From the NCBI RefSeq assembly GCF_002113885.1, contig NW_018407322.1, forward strand, positions 1,105,026 to 1,169,025: DNA of 64,000 bases. Reading direction: 5' to 3'. The notes under the pieces were generated by a model. The model worked only from the letters and a program-made list of their open reading frames with translations, had not been told where the DNA came from and searched no databases. This document shows positions 14,001 to 28,100 of the stretch, in pieces (position 1 is the stretch's first letter; each line of letters starts with the position of its first letter). Position numbers and translations under genes: made by a program. This DNA comes from Mizuhopecten yessoensis. Its lineage: Eukaryota.

Positions 14001-15429
14001 TTTATTATTGTATACAAGTATCAGACAATATGCCATTTATTATTTTATACAAGTATCAGACAATATGACATTTATTATTTTATACACGTATCAGACACTA
14101 TGACTGTTATTACGTTATACAAGTATAAAACAATGTGACATTTATTATTGTATACAAGTATCAGACAATATGACATTTATTACGTTATACAAGTATCAGA
14201 CAATATGACATTTATTGTTTTATACAAGTATCAGACAATATGACATTTATTATTTTATACAAGTTTCAGACAATATGACTGTTATTATTTTATACAAGTA
14301 TCAGTCAATATGACATTTATTATTTTATACAAGTACCAGACAATGTAACAGTAATCGTTTTATATGAATTGAACGGCATTTCCCCCTGTATTTGCCGACT
14401 TTTGGATATGTATTGCGCGGGCCGATTTGTCTGTATTGCAACAATATTAAGCAATATAAGTAATTTACAATTATTATTGTATACAGTCACAGTTCCTTGT
14501 ATATCATTGTTGATTTTTAAAAGTCTCAAATTCTTACTTTTTTAACATTGTGTGTACAATAGGTTTAAATAACATTGATATCTTAAAGTTAAACTCGTAA
14601 AAGTATACAACAGAAATAAGACCAGAAAATTCATAGTTTGTCAGATAAGAAGTTATTCTGAAATTGTTGATTTTTTTTCTATGCCAATGTTGCCCGCGGA
14701 CTCTATACACAAAGTGTTCTGATTCAGTAGTTTCCCTCTGTTTGGCTCCTTTATCAGTAGTTTTCCTCTGTTTGGCTCCTTTATCAGTAGTTTCCCTCTG
14801 TTTGGCTTTATCAGTAGTTTCCCTCTGTTTGGCTCCTTTTATCAGGTCGTTTTCCTTTTCTCTGTTGTTTTGTCAGATCATTTCGTATCTGTACGGTGGA
14901 ATATTTCTGATGGTTTTTAAGTCCCTTGATGGGATTTGAAAATTCTCTTCTTCATTTCACGGAACCCTAAGGAAATGAGAAGTGGCCATCCCTTATGCTC
15001 AGTTTCACTGTGCATTGTGACAAACGTGTAAATAAAGACAAGACCTCGCTGACATACATTGCTTGGCTAACATAACTGATAAATCCATACTTGTTTTATT
15101 TCCAGATAAATTGGCTATGTGTTGGGGTGTGGTGTATGACGATGATGGTGAGTGATGCGCAGGCGCGCCCAAATTTTGCGCTGTCATGTGACCACCGAGA
15201 GGTGCGCGAGTCGTGCCTGTACGGCTGTCTGGGCTGTCTGGAGGTATTCGGGGTCCAGCTGTATGACATGGCGGCCTGTTGTCATGACTGTAAGGTGACC
15301 AGGGCAGTCCTGGTTGATGACGGTCCGGTCAGATGCTCAGACAAGTACATACACGAGTCCTGGATTAAACGCTTTGGTAAAAGGGGAAGTAAGTTCCGGG
15401 GCCACGGCAAGGGATCATTGTCATGGTAA
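8041..15429 (+). CDS. Secreted cysteine-rich neuropeptide/hormone precursor, eclosion-hormone-like; exons 8041-8052 and 15106-15429; 111 aa
   Basis: ATG AAC AAC TCG|gtaagt joins in phase 0 to tttccag|ATA AAT TGG. Product: signal-like MNNSINWLCVGVWCMTMMVSDAQA, then a 70-aa peptide C-x8-C-x3-C-x2-C-x13-CC-x2-C-x14-C ending WIKRF-G-KR (amidation/cleavage signal). Exon 2 is GC-richer than its flanks. The family assignment rests on Cys spacing only. Confidence 0.75.
8895..10505. repeat. 35-bp minisatellite, intronic
   Basis: Unit ttacttgataacgttggcttgttattacac(g/t)acgt, about 45 copies. Confidence 0.95.
11851..12200 (-). mobile_element. Degenerate tRNA-derived SINE
   Basis: On the minus strand the head has A-box-like ggctaaagtg and B-box-like gagttcggtcc (about 12120-12180), and there is a simple-repeat tail (tggtttggttttatatggtttt on +). 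The body resembles a common bivalve SINE from memory; not searched. Confidence 0.55.
12670..13260. repeat. 34-bp minisatellite, intronic
   Basis: Unit actaaccgaagttaataatacacttaaccattgt. Confidence 0.9.
13845..14350. repeat. 35-bp minisatellite, intronic
   Basis: Unit tacaagtatcagacaatatgacatttattatttta. Confidence 0.9.
14724..14842. repeat. Short ~30-bp tandem repeat
   Basis: tcagtagtttccctctgtttggctccttta, about 4 copies. Confidence 0.85.
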
Positions 15430-17075
15430 TTGACGAATAAAAACAAACTAAAGTGAGTAAAAACTGCGCTAGAGGGCATCATTAGCAGATTCGTTCTGGA
15501 AGTTTGGAGTCCTCGGCATGGAAATCTTTAACAAGTTCACAGGGTGTGTCTCCTAGGGAACGTTTCGCTCTAAATAAGTGAACTGCCGCTGTGTAGCCTT
15601 AAATATGACACTGTTAAGTCATGTGTTAGTTTCTGTTTCTGCCGTGTGACCAAACGGATATGCCAATTTCATTGTGGAGAGATTTGAAAGCACCGTCCAG
15701 ATTTTGTTTACAATTGTACGTCAACAGATAGCGCTCGAGGGTAAAACAAATTTGTATATACATATGAATTTATTTATTATTAATTGATTTTTTAAACTGC
15801 AATGTCCAATAAAACAACGTTATTTTATGTTCCGTTCGTTGATGCATTTTTTAGTGATAAGTTGTACGCTGTGACATTGATATTAAGATATAATCACATA
15901 TTCTAAATAATCGACAATCTCAGTGAGTGGGAGTAGTGGACAACCCTGTTGTCTATATGGTAAATACACTTTCAGATGGCTTGTAAATTGCATGGCAACA
16001 CTACTGTATTACATAAGTTATGATAGCTTTGTCTAATGCTTCTTATATATCCCCATCGTCTCTTTGTCCTTTCTCTTGACTATAATTTCTCTCTTGAAAT
16101 CATATTTGCATTCCAATAAAATGGTTATAACATTGTGTGACATATATTGTAATCATCGTATGCATACTGTCTAAGAGAAGTTTGATAAACCGATACAATT
16201 TATTTAATTAGGTAAAAAAAGTTTGCTATGAATTAAGTTAAAATCAAACTACATGTATATCTGTTCGTGACCTATTGGCTGGTACATTCACATGTATTGC
16301 GTTCTACTCAAACACGTGTGCCATGCACAAGTGTATGTGTTCACTACATACACGTCACACGTGTATAATTCTGTCAACTGTTTGAGTAGGGGTGACGTGG
16401 TTCAGATCGGTGGAACATGTTAATAGCCTATGTACCTTAAAGATTTTTCTTGGACTTTCTTGGTGACAATCGGAGCTATTGGGCACTACAATATGAAACC
16501 ATTCCTGGAGTTTGTGTGATTTATTGTGTAAAACGTTTAGAATGTGAACTCGTGTATGAAAAACCCTTCAACGCATTTTTAAAAGTCATTACCGGAATGC
16601 TATCGTCTTTGTTGTAAGCAGACCTTTAGTAATTTTATTTTATTTTATTCGTGCTTTAACTACAGAATTCTCATTTCTAAATATTATAGGGCTGTTTTCT
16701 ATGTGGTACGTAAACATAAACCCAATATATCAATTTACATAGCTGAACTAGTAAATTGTTGTTTTTACGTATCATATGATATATAGTATTATACCATTAC
16801 GTTGTGTAGTCATATCAGTTATTGCGGTAATGAGAATTTTACTGAATATTCCGCTGGAGTACCTACAAGTACTAGGAAGCCATGCTGAATATATTATGAT
16901 ATTAATATTCATGTTTGTATACGCAGATTATTTAAGGTAATGACTTTCAAAAATATATGGTACACGTGCGAAGTAAACTTCCGGACCGGGTTCAATCAAT
17001 TCACCGACATTGCCCTATGCTAAAATATTGACTATATAATAATGTTAGGATTTAAAATACAAGTTACACCTTGAC

Positions 17076-17560
17076 TTTAAACATATTTTATTAACCAGAA
17101 TTGGAAAATAGGATTTGGCACAAGTTATAACAACTTATGAAGCCATCTCCTTACAACAGATAATGATATAGACTGTCAATTACAATTCATAGTAGTATGA
17201 CGCGATTTTTAAAGTAACACATACACATACAAAAAAATAAAAAAATATTTTAAAGTCAAGTTCATAATCGAAACATGTTAAAATCTTCCACTGGGTCTAA
17301 TAAAAATTTGCACTTGTTTGAATACATCACAACTTGTATCCCAAGCCAGATTTTCATTTCCAAACAGTAATAATCTCAACGTTAAATGTACATTTAAATG
17401 ATTTATATGATCAAAAAGTACAGTACGAGCATTTAAAGAAGAAGTGAGAGGCATTTTTGCAATGGTAGCCACAATTTATACAATTGGAGTCTTGGACCAA
17501 GTTTGCACGGTAAAGATCATGTTTGAGAGGAATGCATTCGTGTCTTAGTCTGGGTTTTTT
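17076..17560 (-). mobile_element. 5'-truncated CR1-like LINE remnant (ORF2 C-terminus plus 3' UTR)
   Basis: The minus strand encodes RLRHECIPLKHDLYRANLVQDSNCINCG and, after a frameshift, ...LLLFGNENL...VFKQVQIFIRPSGRF*, typical of a LINE ORF2 C-terminus. The tail is aataaaatatgtttaaa. Confidence 0.75.
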
Positions 17561-17744
17561 TTGTAGCGACATAAATACATACGGTCAGAATATTAGAGTT
17601 ATCTCCCTTTAAACGTGTGTCTTGTACTCGAATACATGTCTTAACACCAACGCGCACAATATTTTTACACAGATTAAAAACATTTGTGGTGCTAAAAAAA
17701 GACGAATTGATAAATAAAAGTAATGATGAAATGATATCACCGTT

Positions 17745-18090
17745 GCTTGATGTTGCATAATCCTGTTCATTCCGGAACCTTCCGGAACTGGCTGGGACAG
17801 ATTAGTTTAAAAATGATGTCATCGTCATGTGTTTATCTGTCATTACAGAATTTCCGACTCTACAGACCTACTTATTTTTAGCCCAACAATAGCGTTTAAA
17901 TCAACTCTGTGGTGTATTCATCACTGTCATCTTCTGAAAGACGAGACCAAACGACTGACCTACGCGACGTAATGTACGGTTCCTATACTGCCCTGTAAGA
18001 CTATTTGCCCGAGAACCGTGGATCTATGCATAGGATAGGGAATTTCCGTGTCTATAAATAGAACAGGATTGGCCTATATATATATACACA
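17745..18090 (+). promoter_or_regulatory. Promoter of bZIP gene A
   Basis: Consensus kappaB site GGGAATTTCC 18038-18047 just before TATAAATA (about 18053) and a (TA)n run. Also C/EBP-like TTGCATAA (about 17753), two TTCCGGAA and CRE-like TGATGTCA (about 17814). Confidence 0.55.
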
Positions 18091-18314
18091 CGCACACTCA
18101 ACGGAAACATTCGAACCCAGATCTGTGAGAACCACTACCGAGAACACCTTGGGATACCTGAAATCATCTCAAACTTCAATGTTTTAATAAGTGGGAAATA
18201 TTCAAGTAGTGATCATTGAATATTTTGGATTATTTTAACATCGATATTCAACTTTGGAAATAATTCCACAATAAGGAGTATTTATATAAGTCACAGAGTA
18301 TTAAACTCTTAAAG

Positions 18315-19998
18315 ATGACAAGGGAGTCTGATACCGCACAAGTTATAGAGTTTGATGAGGGACTGGCCGAAGCCAGTAGAGTTGCCATGGAAACCGGGAT
18401 GCTGACCCCACTGGTGAAAGAGGAACTCAAATACACCATACTATCCAGGAGGGAAGCGAATGGCAAAGGTCAAATAGAGGTCACGTTTGATGACCCTCAG
18501 CAATACCAGGTATGTCGTTTTGTAATTAACGTTTGTACTTGAATATTACATGTTAAGGGAAAACTTTATTTAAAGAAAAGTACCCCCTCCTTTTCCCTAG
18601 TCTTAGCCTATGTATCTAGGCAATATTCTCGTTGGTCATTATCTAGAACGATTCAATGTACCATATTTCAAGATAATTATTTAAACTGTGTTGGGTTATA
18701 TCTCAATCCTGAAATAAACTCCATTTTCTACCCGAACTCATGTTTTCTTAATAACGAGCTTGTAACACGATATATCTAATTATCTACATAATGAAATTCT
18801 TTTATCATAACGAAGATATCCATTGAACTTAACAAAAACACAACACGAAAATATGCAGACAAAAATGCAGGAGGCTTTACAGTAGCCAATCCTTTTCTGA
18901 GAACCTTATTAATTTATTCAATTCATAGAAAGACATACATAGAAATCGGAACAGTTACAGAATACATGTATAACTACGGAATGTTTCATAACATTCCCTT
19001 CATTTTTATAGTGTTCGGTCACTCTGAGATATGTATATCGAGATACGTAAAGGTCAATTAGGGATTAGTCTACAAATTAACGGGGTAAACATGACGTGAC
19101 GAACAGCACGTAGCACAAGGGTGATATGTACATGTAATACTGTTACGTCATTTTACCGTCATCACGTGTCCAGTTCTTCAACATATCCATTATTTAGTTG
19201 TTTCATTTAAACATTTTCTCTCTTTCTACGGTTTGTAAATGAAATGATTAAATGTATTTTTTATTTTACATTTTTTTAATTTCATTGGTGTATTCAAGTT
19301 CAAGTTGTTTATTGCCTTGAGTCTTTCGACTCATCAGTTTCGAAAATGAGATAGTTATAAACAATACAATACAATACCATACTCTGAATTGTGGCCATGT
19401 GTCTATAAACGCTTTATTTATCGGGTTTATTTACTTGACCAGTTGACCACAGAGGAGTTGGAGAAAGTGGAGAAACGGCGTCAACAGAACCGAAGTGCTG
19501 CCAGACGATTTCGTCACAGGCAGAAACAAACGTCACATGATTTCATCAAGGTAAAAGTGTTGATATTTCCCTGGCTTTCTTGTTTTACATACTGAGGTGT
19601 CTTTTATTATAAGATAGTATGATATTTATGGTGGATGTTGTGATGCGCTTACTTATACTTACTTATTATTAAGATAAAAACGTTTTATGCTTAACATGTT
19701 AGGTTTTTGACGTTTTAATTTCCATAAATAACGCTTCAAAAAGGAACTCAAATAACGCGCTAAATGTATTATTCGTATGCAACATTGTAACATGCTAATT
19801 TATAGGGTTTTGCTTATTTCATTCTAGAAAATCCAGTCTTTAGAATCCAACAATACGACGTTACGATCCGAACTTGAAAAGGTGAGCCGAGAGAAGGACG
19901 AGTTACAGCGAGAGTTACACGCACATTTACTTCACTGCCCAACTCTCGGGCTAAACAACACCCACCTCTGTCAGGAATATCATCTCTTCGAACAATAG
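18315..19998 (+). CDS. ATF3-like: ATF3/Fos-family bZIP transcription factor, paralog A; exons 18315-18509, 19443-19550, 19828-19998; 157 aa
   Basis: LTPLVKEELKYTI matches the ATF3 N-terminal LTPFVKEELRFAI motif. A 108-nt phase-0 exon carries the basic region KRRQQNRSAARRFRHRQK. The zipper IQSLESNNTTLRSELEKVSREKDELQRELHAHLLHC ends in the Fos/ATF3-type HxxxC. All introns are GT-AG. Confidence 0.92.
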
Positions 19999-20754
19999 GC
20001 CTACAGCTTCACGGGTCAGCTTCAACAAGACACTGGCTGTACACGTGTGTGGTGTCCCAGTACTGGACAAGCCTGCACTTTTTAACGGTTCCCAGTTGGT
20101 GCTACTGTACATTAACAAAACTGTCTACATGGACAAAAAACATGTCTACATTGATCATATTTAGGCGAAATACAACGTTACACGTTTTCCCTATGAATGT
20201 TGATTGTGGATCTGATATTAATGGGTTGTTCTAGAAATCAAGTGTTTGGTTCAAATTAATGATACTGAAACATATCAAAAATGTTATTTTTGTCTAGAAT
20301 TTAGTTAATTCTATATCGTAATAAAATAATAATATTGGACGTTTGTAGGTAGGATATAGTCAATCGAATTTTATAAAATGAACATGACATTGATTTTCGA
20401 TTATTTGTGACCACAATGGTTTGAACACTGAACAGTTTGTGTACAACCCTGGTGCTGTAACGGTCGCTCTACAGAATTCAGCCTCTATTCAAGAACATCC
20501 TTGATTGGATTTTTTTATGATTTGATCATTGGTGAATAGTAATTTTATTGATCTGTATGTTATTTACTTGAACGGTATTATGAATTCCAATTGTTTACTA
20601 TATAGAATCTTTTTTAATGTGTTTAAACAACTAAACCCCCTGTGATAACTTTTTACATTTGTCTATTTCACAATAAAATGTATGTTTATATGCTGTTGGT
20701 GTTTGATCTTATATCTACTTATATATCGTAAAGTGTGTATGTACTATCCAATAG

Positions 20755-22050
20755 CGAACATACGAGTACGTAGGGCATGTGTTTCACTACCTTACATTTA
20801 ACATACGAGCACGTAGAGCATGTGTTTCACTACCTTACATTTAACATACGGGTACGTAGGACATGTGTTTCACTACCTTACATTTAACATACGGGTACGT
20901 AGGACATGTGTTTCACTACCTTACATTTAACATACGGGTACGTAGGACATGTGTTTCACTACCTTACATTTAACATACGGGTACGTAGGACATGTGTTTC
21001 ACTACCTTACATTTAACATACGGGTACGTAGGACATGTGTTTCACTACCTTACATTTAACATACGGGTACGTAGGACATGTGTTTCACTACCTTACATTT
21101 AACATACGGGTACGTAGGACATGTGTTTCACTACCTTACATTTAACATACGGGTACGTAGGACATGTGTTTCACTACCTTACATTTAACATACGGGTACG
21201 TAGGACATGTGTTTCACTACCTTACATTTAACATACGGGTACGTAGGACATGTGTTTCACTACCTTACATTTAACATACGGGTACGTAGGACATGTGTTT
21301 CACTACCTTACATTTAACATACGGGTACGTAGGACATGTGTTTCACTACCTTACATTTAACATACGGGTACGTAGGACATGTGTTTCACTACCTTACATT
21401 TAACATACGGGTACGTAGGACATGTGTTTCACTACCTTACATTTAACATACGGGTACGTAGGACATGTGTTTCACTACCTTACATTTAACATACGGGTAC
21501 GTAGGACATGTGTTTCACTACCTTACATTTAACATACGGGTACGTAGGACATGTGTTTCACTACCTTACATTTAACATACGGGTACGTAGAAGATGTGTT
21601 TCACTACCTTACATTTAACATATGGGTACGTAGGACATGTGTTTCACTACCTTACATTTAACATACGGGTACGTAGGGCATGTGTTACACTACCTTACAT
21701 TTAACATACGGGTACGTAGGACATGTGGTTCACTACCTTACATTTAACATACGAGTACGTAGAGCATGTGTTTCACTACCTTACATTTAACATACGGGTA
21801 CGTAGGACACGTGTTTCACTACCTTACATTTAACATACGGGTACGTAGGACAGATGTTTCACTACCTTACATTTAACATACGGGTACGTAGGACATGTGT
21901 TTCACTACCTTACATTTAACATACGGGTACGAAGGACATGTGTTTCACTACCTTACGTTTAACATACGGGTACGTAGGACATGTGTTACACTACCTTACA
22001 TTTAACATACGGGTACGTAGGACATGTGTTTCACTACCTTACATTTAACG
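20755..22050. repeat. 43-bp minisatellite
   Basis: Unit acatttaacatacgggtacgtaggacatgtgtttcactacctt, about 30 highly homogeneous copies. Confidence 0.97.
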
Positions 22051-24639
22051 CACGGGTCCATGTACATTCCATGTATTAGATACTACCTCAAAGTCATAGC
22101 ACACTGTTGTATCTGTTACGATTTATTCGGCATTTTTTCTGACTTAGAGTTACTTGCGTTTTTTATATCTAAAAGTTAAATGAATATACGAAAGTAAAAT
22201 CTTTCTATTTGCTTTTTATGCTAGTGTACCTCTCCAATGTGAGATTGATTCTAATACGTTTTTTTCTATAGGGAGCATATTTGCTACTCTACCGTCCTAA
22301 TATCTGATAATCTTGAATCTCAGTTATGAGATTTCAGTGTGTACCAAGTTAGAGAATTGTCATACTTCACGCCTCTTTGATCACTTGATTTTAGAGTAAG
22401 CGGATAAAGAATAAAACAATACAGGCACAGAAATAAAGGTAGGAAATATAGGATAACTGTGAACAGATCCCAACAACTTCTAACTTGAATTCCTGTTTAT
22501 AACTTGGTTAGCATATTTTGATTTGAATGTCTTCAATGGTCTCAGTGAAATATACACCAAGAGACTTAAAGTTCGATTGAAGATGCAAAATATGATGTAG
22601 AACATTTTTTGTCTTAAATGATGTTATATGTATTCAGGTTTTCAGTGTTATATCTGGTAGAATGAACATAACTATCAGGGAGCGACAATTGGTTTATATG
22701 TGACAGTTTTCGCTTACGTAATGGTACATGTAGCTAGTGTCATCATTAAGTCGGCTGTCAAGGATATGGGTAACGCTATAACCATTATTGCAAAATTAGT
22801 TGGTAGTTTTTCAAGATCATACTTTATTAATTACACGTTTACTATTCTACACTTCACATGCATGTTGAAATGAGTAATTTCTAAGTTAGTTTTTTGAAGT
22901 AAAACGTTTTTTAAAAAGTTACTATATATTTGGACACTAACTGAAGGACTTTTATCTACATACTTTGTCAACTTATCGTTACTCAAACGGAACTCAGAGG
23001 TGTTCCCCCTATCAGTTATTTTAACATTAGAACATCTGCTTGTTATATATACGCACATTAGACCTATGTTAATACTGTCTGTATTTAGTATTTACTACAA
23101 TAACGTGTAGTGTTGGTGAGCATTGTGATAAGGATGTATCAATTAGTTTTATCATAGTAATATCTAGTGACAGAATTACAAAGGGTTTTGTTCAATACCT
23201 AGGTACATGTGAATTGAAATGCAATATTCTTTCTATCCATTTTTTGTCTGTGTTAGTCTTGGACTAAGATACCAATAAAACAGAAATAGTCTATAATCAA
23301 CGCCTGTCCTAACAGTTACTGTTGGGTATGGTATTATACCTCTTAGGATGTTCCATTGTTGTGACAACTGCCGATATTTCAGTATAATGTACCTATGATA
23401 CTCTGGCCCATTAAAATGAAAACAAATATTTGCAAATGCTTAAAAATTTACAATACCTATAAAAATCCCCAGACCTTAACCTTTTATCAACACATAAAGC
23501 TTATCGTAATGAATATTAATACCTAGATGTAAAAACCAGAGAATACGTATATATACTGCGCAAAAGTAAAAAAGTCCAGGAAGATAAGGTACATTTAAGC
23601 AGTAAATAACAATAGGCAATTGTTATAAATAATACACCAGTATATAAACAATGCAATATAAATTTAGCACACTACTATAGCTACTAGGGTGTTGCCTTAT
23701 TAGTTTATAAAACAAATTGAGCTGTGATTTCCTATGGTATTAAAGGTAGATTACTCATATACACGACGTAGTTGTGGAAGTCACCGTGTGTATTTATAAA
23801 TGTATTTACACAACCCATGCAGTAATTAGACCGTAGCAATATATCTATTTATATCACATGCTACATATTGAACAGTACTTTGGCAGGAAAACAGCATATT
23901 ACGAAATGTTTATAGCAAGGAACAGATGGAATATAATTACCCATAACAGTTAAATGACATATTTGTTATTCATTATAGAATATGTCAATTCATGGAATTG
24001 TATTAACCTTACAGATATCGACTTTAGCCTGTGTAAACCGGTTACTTCTACAGAATATAAAGATAGGTAATTTCTAAAAATAGATGTTACGCTGACGAAA
24101 CAAAATTATCTCCCTTTATCAGTGTTATGATTTCGGAAAGCGCCCGGACAAACATTCTGAGAATCCCTGAGATGGATGTATTCCCGACTAACGCCATATA
24201 TGGAATTGTATTACTTAATGTGAGTATATATTTCACGCTATGAGATTTTGATGCTTGTTTTATCTTTTGAAAGCATGACATTTTTATTGACTTAAAATGC
24301 TTATAATTAGATATTAATACAGCCGTTCTAACCAAACCTAGCACATGATACAGGTAATCAGAGTACGTGTTAATATTAGCTCAGTATAAACATGAGTAAC
24401 TATGACGCTGATTATTTCAATCCTGATGTATTTGTAGTGCCATTTAAAATATTTTCTTCAGTGAAGAAAATGATTCGAAAGTGCCAATTCCTATCAAATC
24501 GCTCAGTTTGCCGTTACCCTATATAAACTAATTATTCAACCAACCTATTCATTAGTCACGTTCTCCCACTAAATACCATACAAACACTAATTTATAACGA
24601 CACCATCACAAACCTAGTGAATCCGCCTACCTACCCATA

Positions 24640-25120
24640 TAAACAACGAGATACACTACCACACGAGACACAAACATAACTTAACACACGAACAACGAGA
24701 TACACCAACACAAAACGAGACAAAAACATAACTTAACACACGAACAACGAGATACACCACCACAAGACGAGACACAAACATAACTTAACCCACGCACAAC
24801 GAGATACACCAACACAAGACGAGACACAAACATGACTTAACACACGAACAACGAGATACACCAACACAAGACGAGACAGATGTACAACTTAACACACGAA
24901 CAACGAGATACACCACCACCCGAGACACACACATAACTTGACACACGCACAACGAGATACACCAACACAAGACCAGACACATGTACAACTTAACACACGC
25001 ACAACGAGATACACCAACACAAGACCAGACACATGTACAACTTAACACACGCACAACGAGATACACCAACACAAGACGAGACACATGTACAACTTAACAC
25101 ACGAACAACGAGATACACCA
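24640..25120. repeat. ~52-bp CA-rich minisatellite
   Basis: Unit approximately aacttaacacacgaacaacgagatacaccaacacaagacgagacacatgtac, about 9 copies. Confidence 0.9.
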
Positions 25121-28100
25121 GAATTTGTTATTGAAAATCACACATGTGCTGTAAAGATAATCTAATTTGTTTGCTATCCAGTTTACACGTGGAGAAGACA
25201 GGAGACTGTCGTACTTCCAAGTTAATTTACTGCCAGCATTTAAACCAATGTTAGCCTCTTCTCTTATTGAGAAGATGATAGCGCGATATATGTAGAAATA
25301 AATAAAAATAATTTAACGTTAACTGATCAAAACCTATATAGATTTAGCTGTATCGTGTAGTTGAATGGTATTAACAAAAATGTACCATTCGGAAGGACAG
25401 ACAAATATTTCTAGCTAAAATACACCCGAAACCAGCTGTTTCTCAAATACCAACCAATGACATTTCTAGCTAGAGGAAGACGAAATATAGCAACAGCATC
25501 GACAATGTCGTGGTCTGCCCACCTATTGCTCCCCCTTTCCTTTATACAAATATAATGACTGTCCTAGAGGGCGCTTTTATATCTAGGCGGCCAAGTGGCG
25601 GTGCTCAGTGTAGAACGTGAGGAATAATTTAGTCACGTGTTTGAGAAAACAATAAAGACAAAAAGTCAAATACCCTGCTATTAATGGGAACTGTGCAAAA
25701 CAGTTGCTTTTCGGTCTGAACAAAATATGCCAAACATCTTAACCAACGTAAATTATACACATAATCACATAGACACACTATCATTTTCACCAAAAATATA
25801 TATGTATGTTACATAGTTATGTTTAGATTATGAGAATGATGTCATGAGCATTAATAGCAACGTAATAATACCCGGATGTACCCGGATATATAAATTAATG
25901 TGGCCCAAGCAACCTGCTCCAGTTCTAAAACATCAAAGAAGACATATAAACCAGGCACCAGAGGAACATCATCAAAGTTAGATGTAAGTCATATCTTATT
26001 ATATTTCTCTTAATTTTAACACATACTATCACTAAAACGAAGACATTATTAATTATAGTTATATTATCAGTCGAAAAAAGTTAAAATACTGTACAAGGTA
26101 CTAATCGAAAGTTTTGAAATCATTTCTATTATAAGATGACCTTTACAACTTTATAGTATCGTTTCATTACTTTGTATGTTTTCATAATTTTAAAGTTATT
26201 ATCAATAACATCCTCTAAGTACGAAAAAAAATGTGATCACTTGAAGTGTTGCAGCCGGCGTATTTATTGTCTAAGTTTTATCATTTACATACCCGAAGGA
26301 CAAACACACTCTGCTTAATGTATCATGATGTATATTTCCAAGTAGAATAGCTACAATAAATGGTTATCAGAATTTAGTAGAAGCTTAGATGTTGTGTAGG
26401 AGAGAAATCAGAAATACCAGTGATATTGTGTGTGAAACGGTTGTCATTAAATTATAAAAATGATTATTATCAAAGCCGCGACCAATTTATTAGATTCTGG
26501 GATAAGGAATCTTTCTTAACCTTTTCGGGGGAAAAAAGAGATTTAAAAAACAAGTTAACAATAATTGACATTAATTGTAATAATACATATAGATGGTTAA
26601 AATGAAATAAACTACCATGTCGATGCCAACAATCAGGTTATATTTTCAGGTTCTATAGGCCTTTTTGGAAAACATCATGATTAAGAACAAAATAAGTGTA
26701 AGCGCTCATTTGAACATACTGTTACAGTAATAGGTCTAGCAATGGAAGTAAAGCTTTTTTGATTTCAGGTGTATTGACATTTTGCTACTACAACTAAATT
26801 TGCTTACTACACACAATTTTCTATTTTAAAACCTCGCGTTCTTAATATATCTGTGCATGAGCATAGCATACATTAATATATTGATTAACATGTAATATAT
26901 CGGCAGGACGCAAAGAAAACGCGTTCTGCACATCAAACACCGCCAAATATATGAACGTTGAAACGTTACATCATGTTCCATTATCTCTAAAATTGGAAGA
27001 AATAAAGTCATTTGTAATGTAGCAATGAGCTTCAGAATTCCATGGGCAACGTTTCATGGCATCAGATTAAAACAAAAATCAAAAGGAGGCTCACGTGTAA
27101 ATATCAAAACATACAGCTGAAGAATAAGATAAGATACGATTGCATTGGTTGAAGATCATAACGTCCTACATTGATGAAATTAAATTGAAGACAAGTGCAA
27201 GTTAAAACAACAATTAGTCTGCTGAATAGAATATAATACTATTTTATCGGACGATATGTTCATTTTAATGAGATACATTGCATTTATTTCTATGCTTATT
27301 AATTAAAGTAGCTGCTTAAGGTAAGAATTGTTCTACTTGAATACCTACTGAAATTCATCTTAAACGAATGGCACAAAGTATACTGACGTCAAAAATCATT
27401 CAACGTTAAATAACCCTGTTACTTAGGAAATGCACACATTAAATTTAAAACTGGGGTAAAATGACGTAATATATCAAACGTGTACCGTAATAATCACCAA
27501 ATATGCCGAAACCTTATTATGCAAGGTCGCACAGATTGGTAAGAAAATATGACATCGACCAAAAAAACAAAAACAAATCATTACATTTGGAGTTTGGGAA
27601 GGTTTAACATCTCCGACAATGCTTCAGGCACCAATGGCGGTATCGGCAGTCATAGCAATGAAAGCGTTCTGAAGCAACATACCTGATTTAGGTAATAGAT
27701 ATACAAAAAATATGTAATAGTAAAAAGTCAGACACATTGAAGCGAAATAAGATGAAAATGAAGAAAGGAAGAATCTATTATAAAAAGAAAAGGGAAAGCA
27801 TGTTGCTGAAACTTATGACCATTTTGTCCATTTAGGACTCATCTGTGTTACTAAAGGTTAACCATTTACATGTTTAACATCGTATGGCATTGCCACTATA
27901 TAACCCTACTAAATTCATATCATAATTGTTAGGTTGGATACCGCTGACGCTCCCTGGTCGACGGCTGTTCTATTCTTTGAAAAAAGCATACACGATACAT
28001 ACACTATTTGAGCTAAATGCTGAATAATAATAGGTGTAAATAGTTTTATTATGAGATGAACAGGTTCCAAAAATGGTTAATATAAGTATTGAACTGCTTT

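Noticed and set aside
20755-22050. Regular 35-48-bp repeat arrays as possible CRISPR arrays
   Set aside because: Units are head-to-tail with no unique spacers, there are no cas genes, and the context is eukaryotic.
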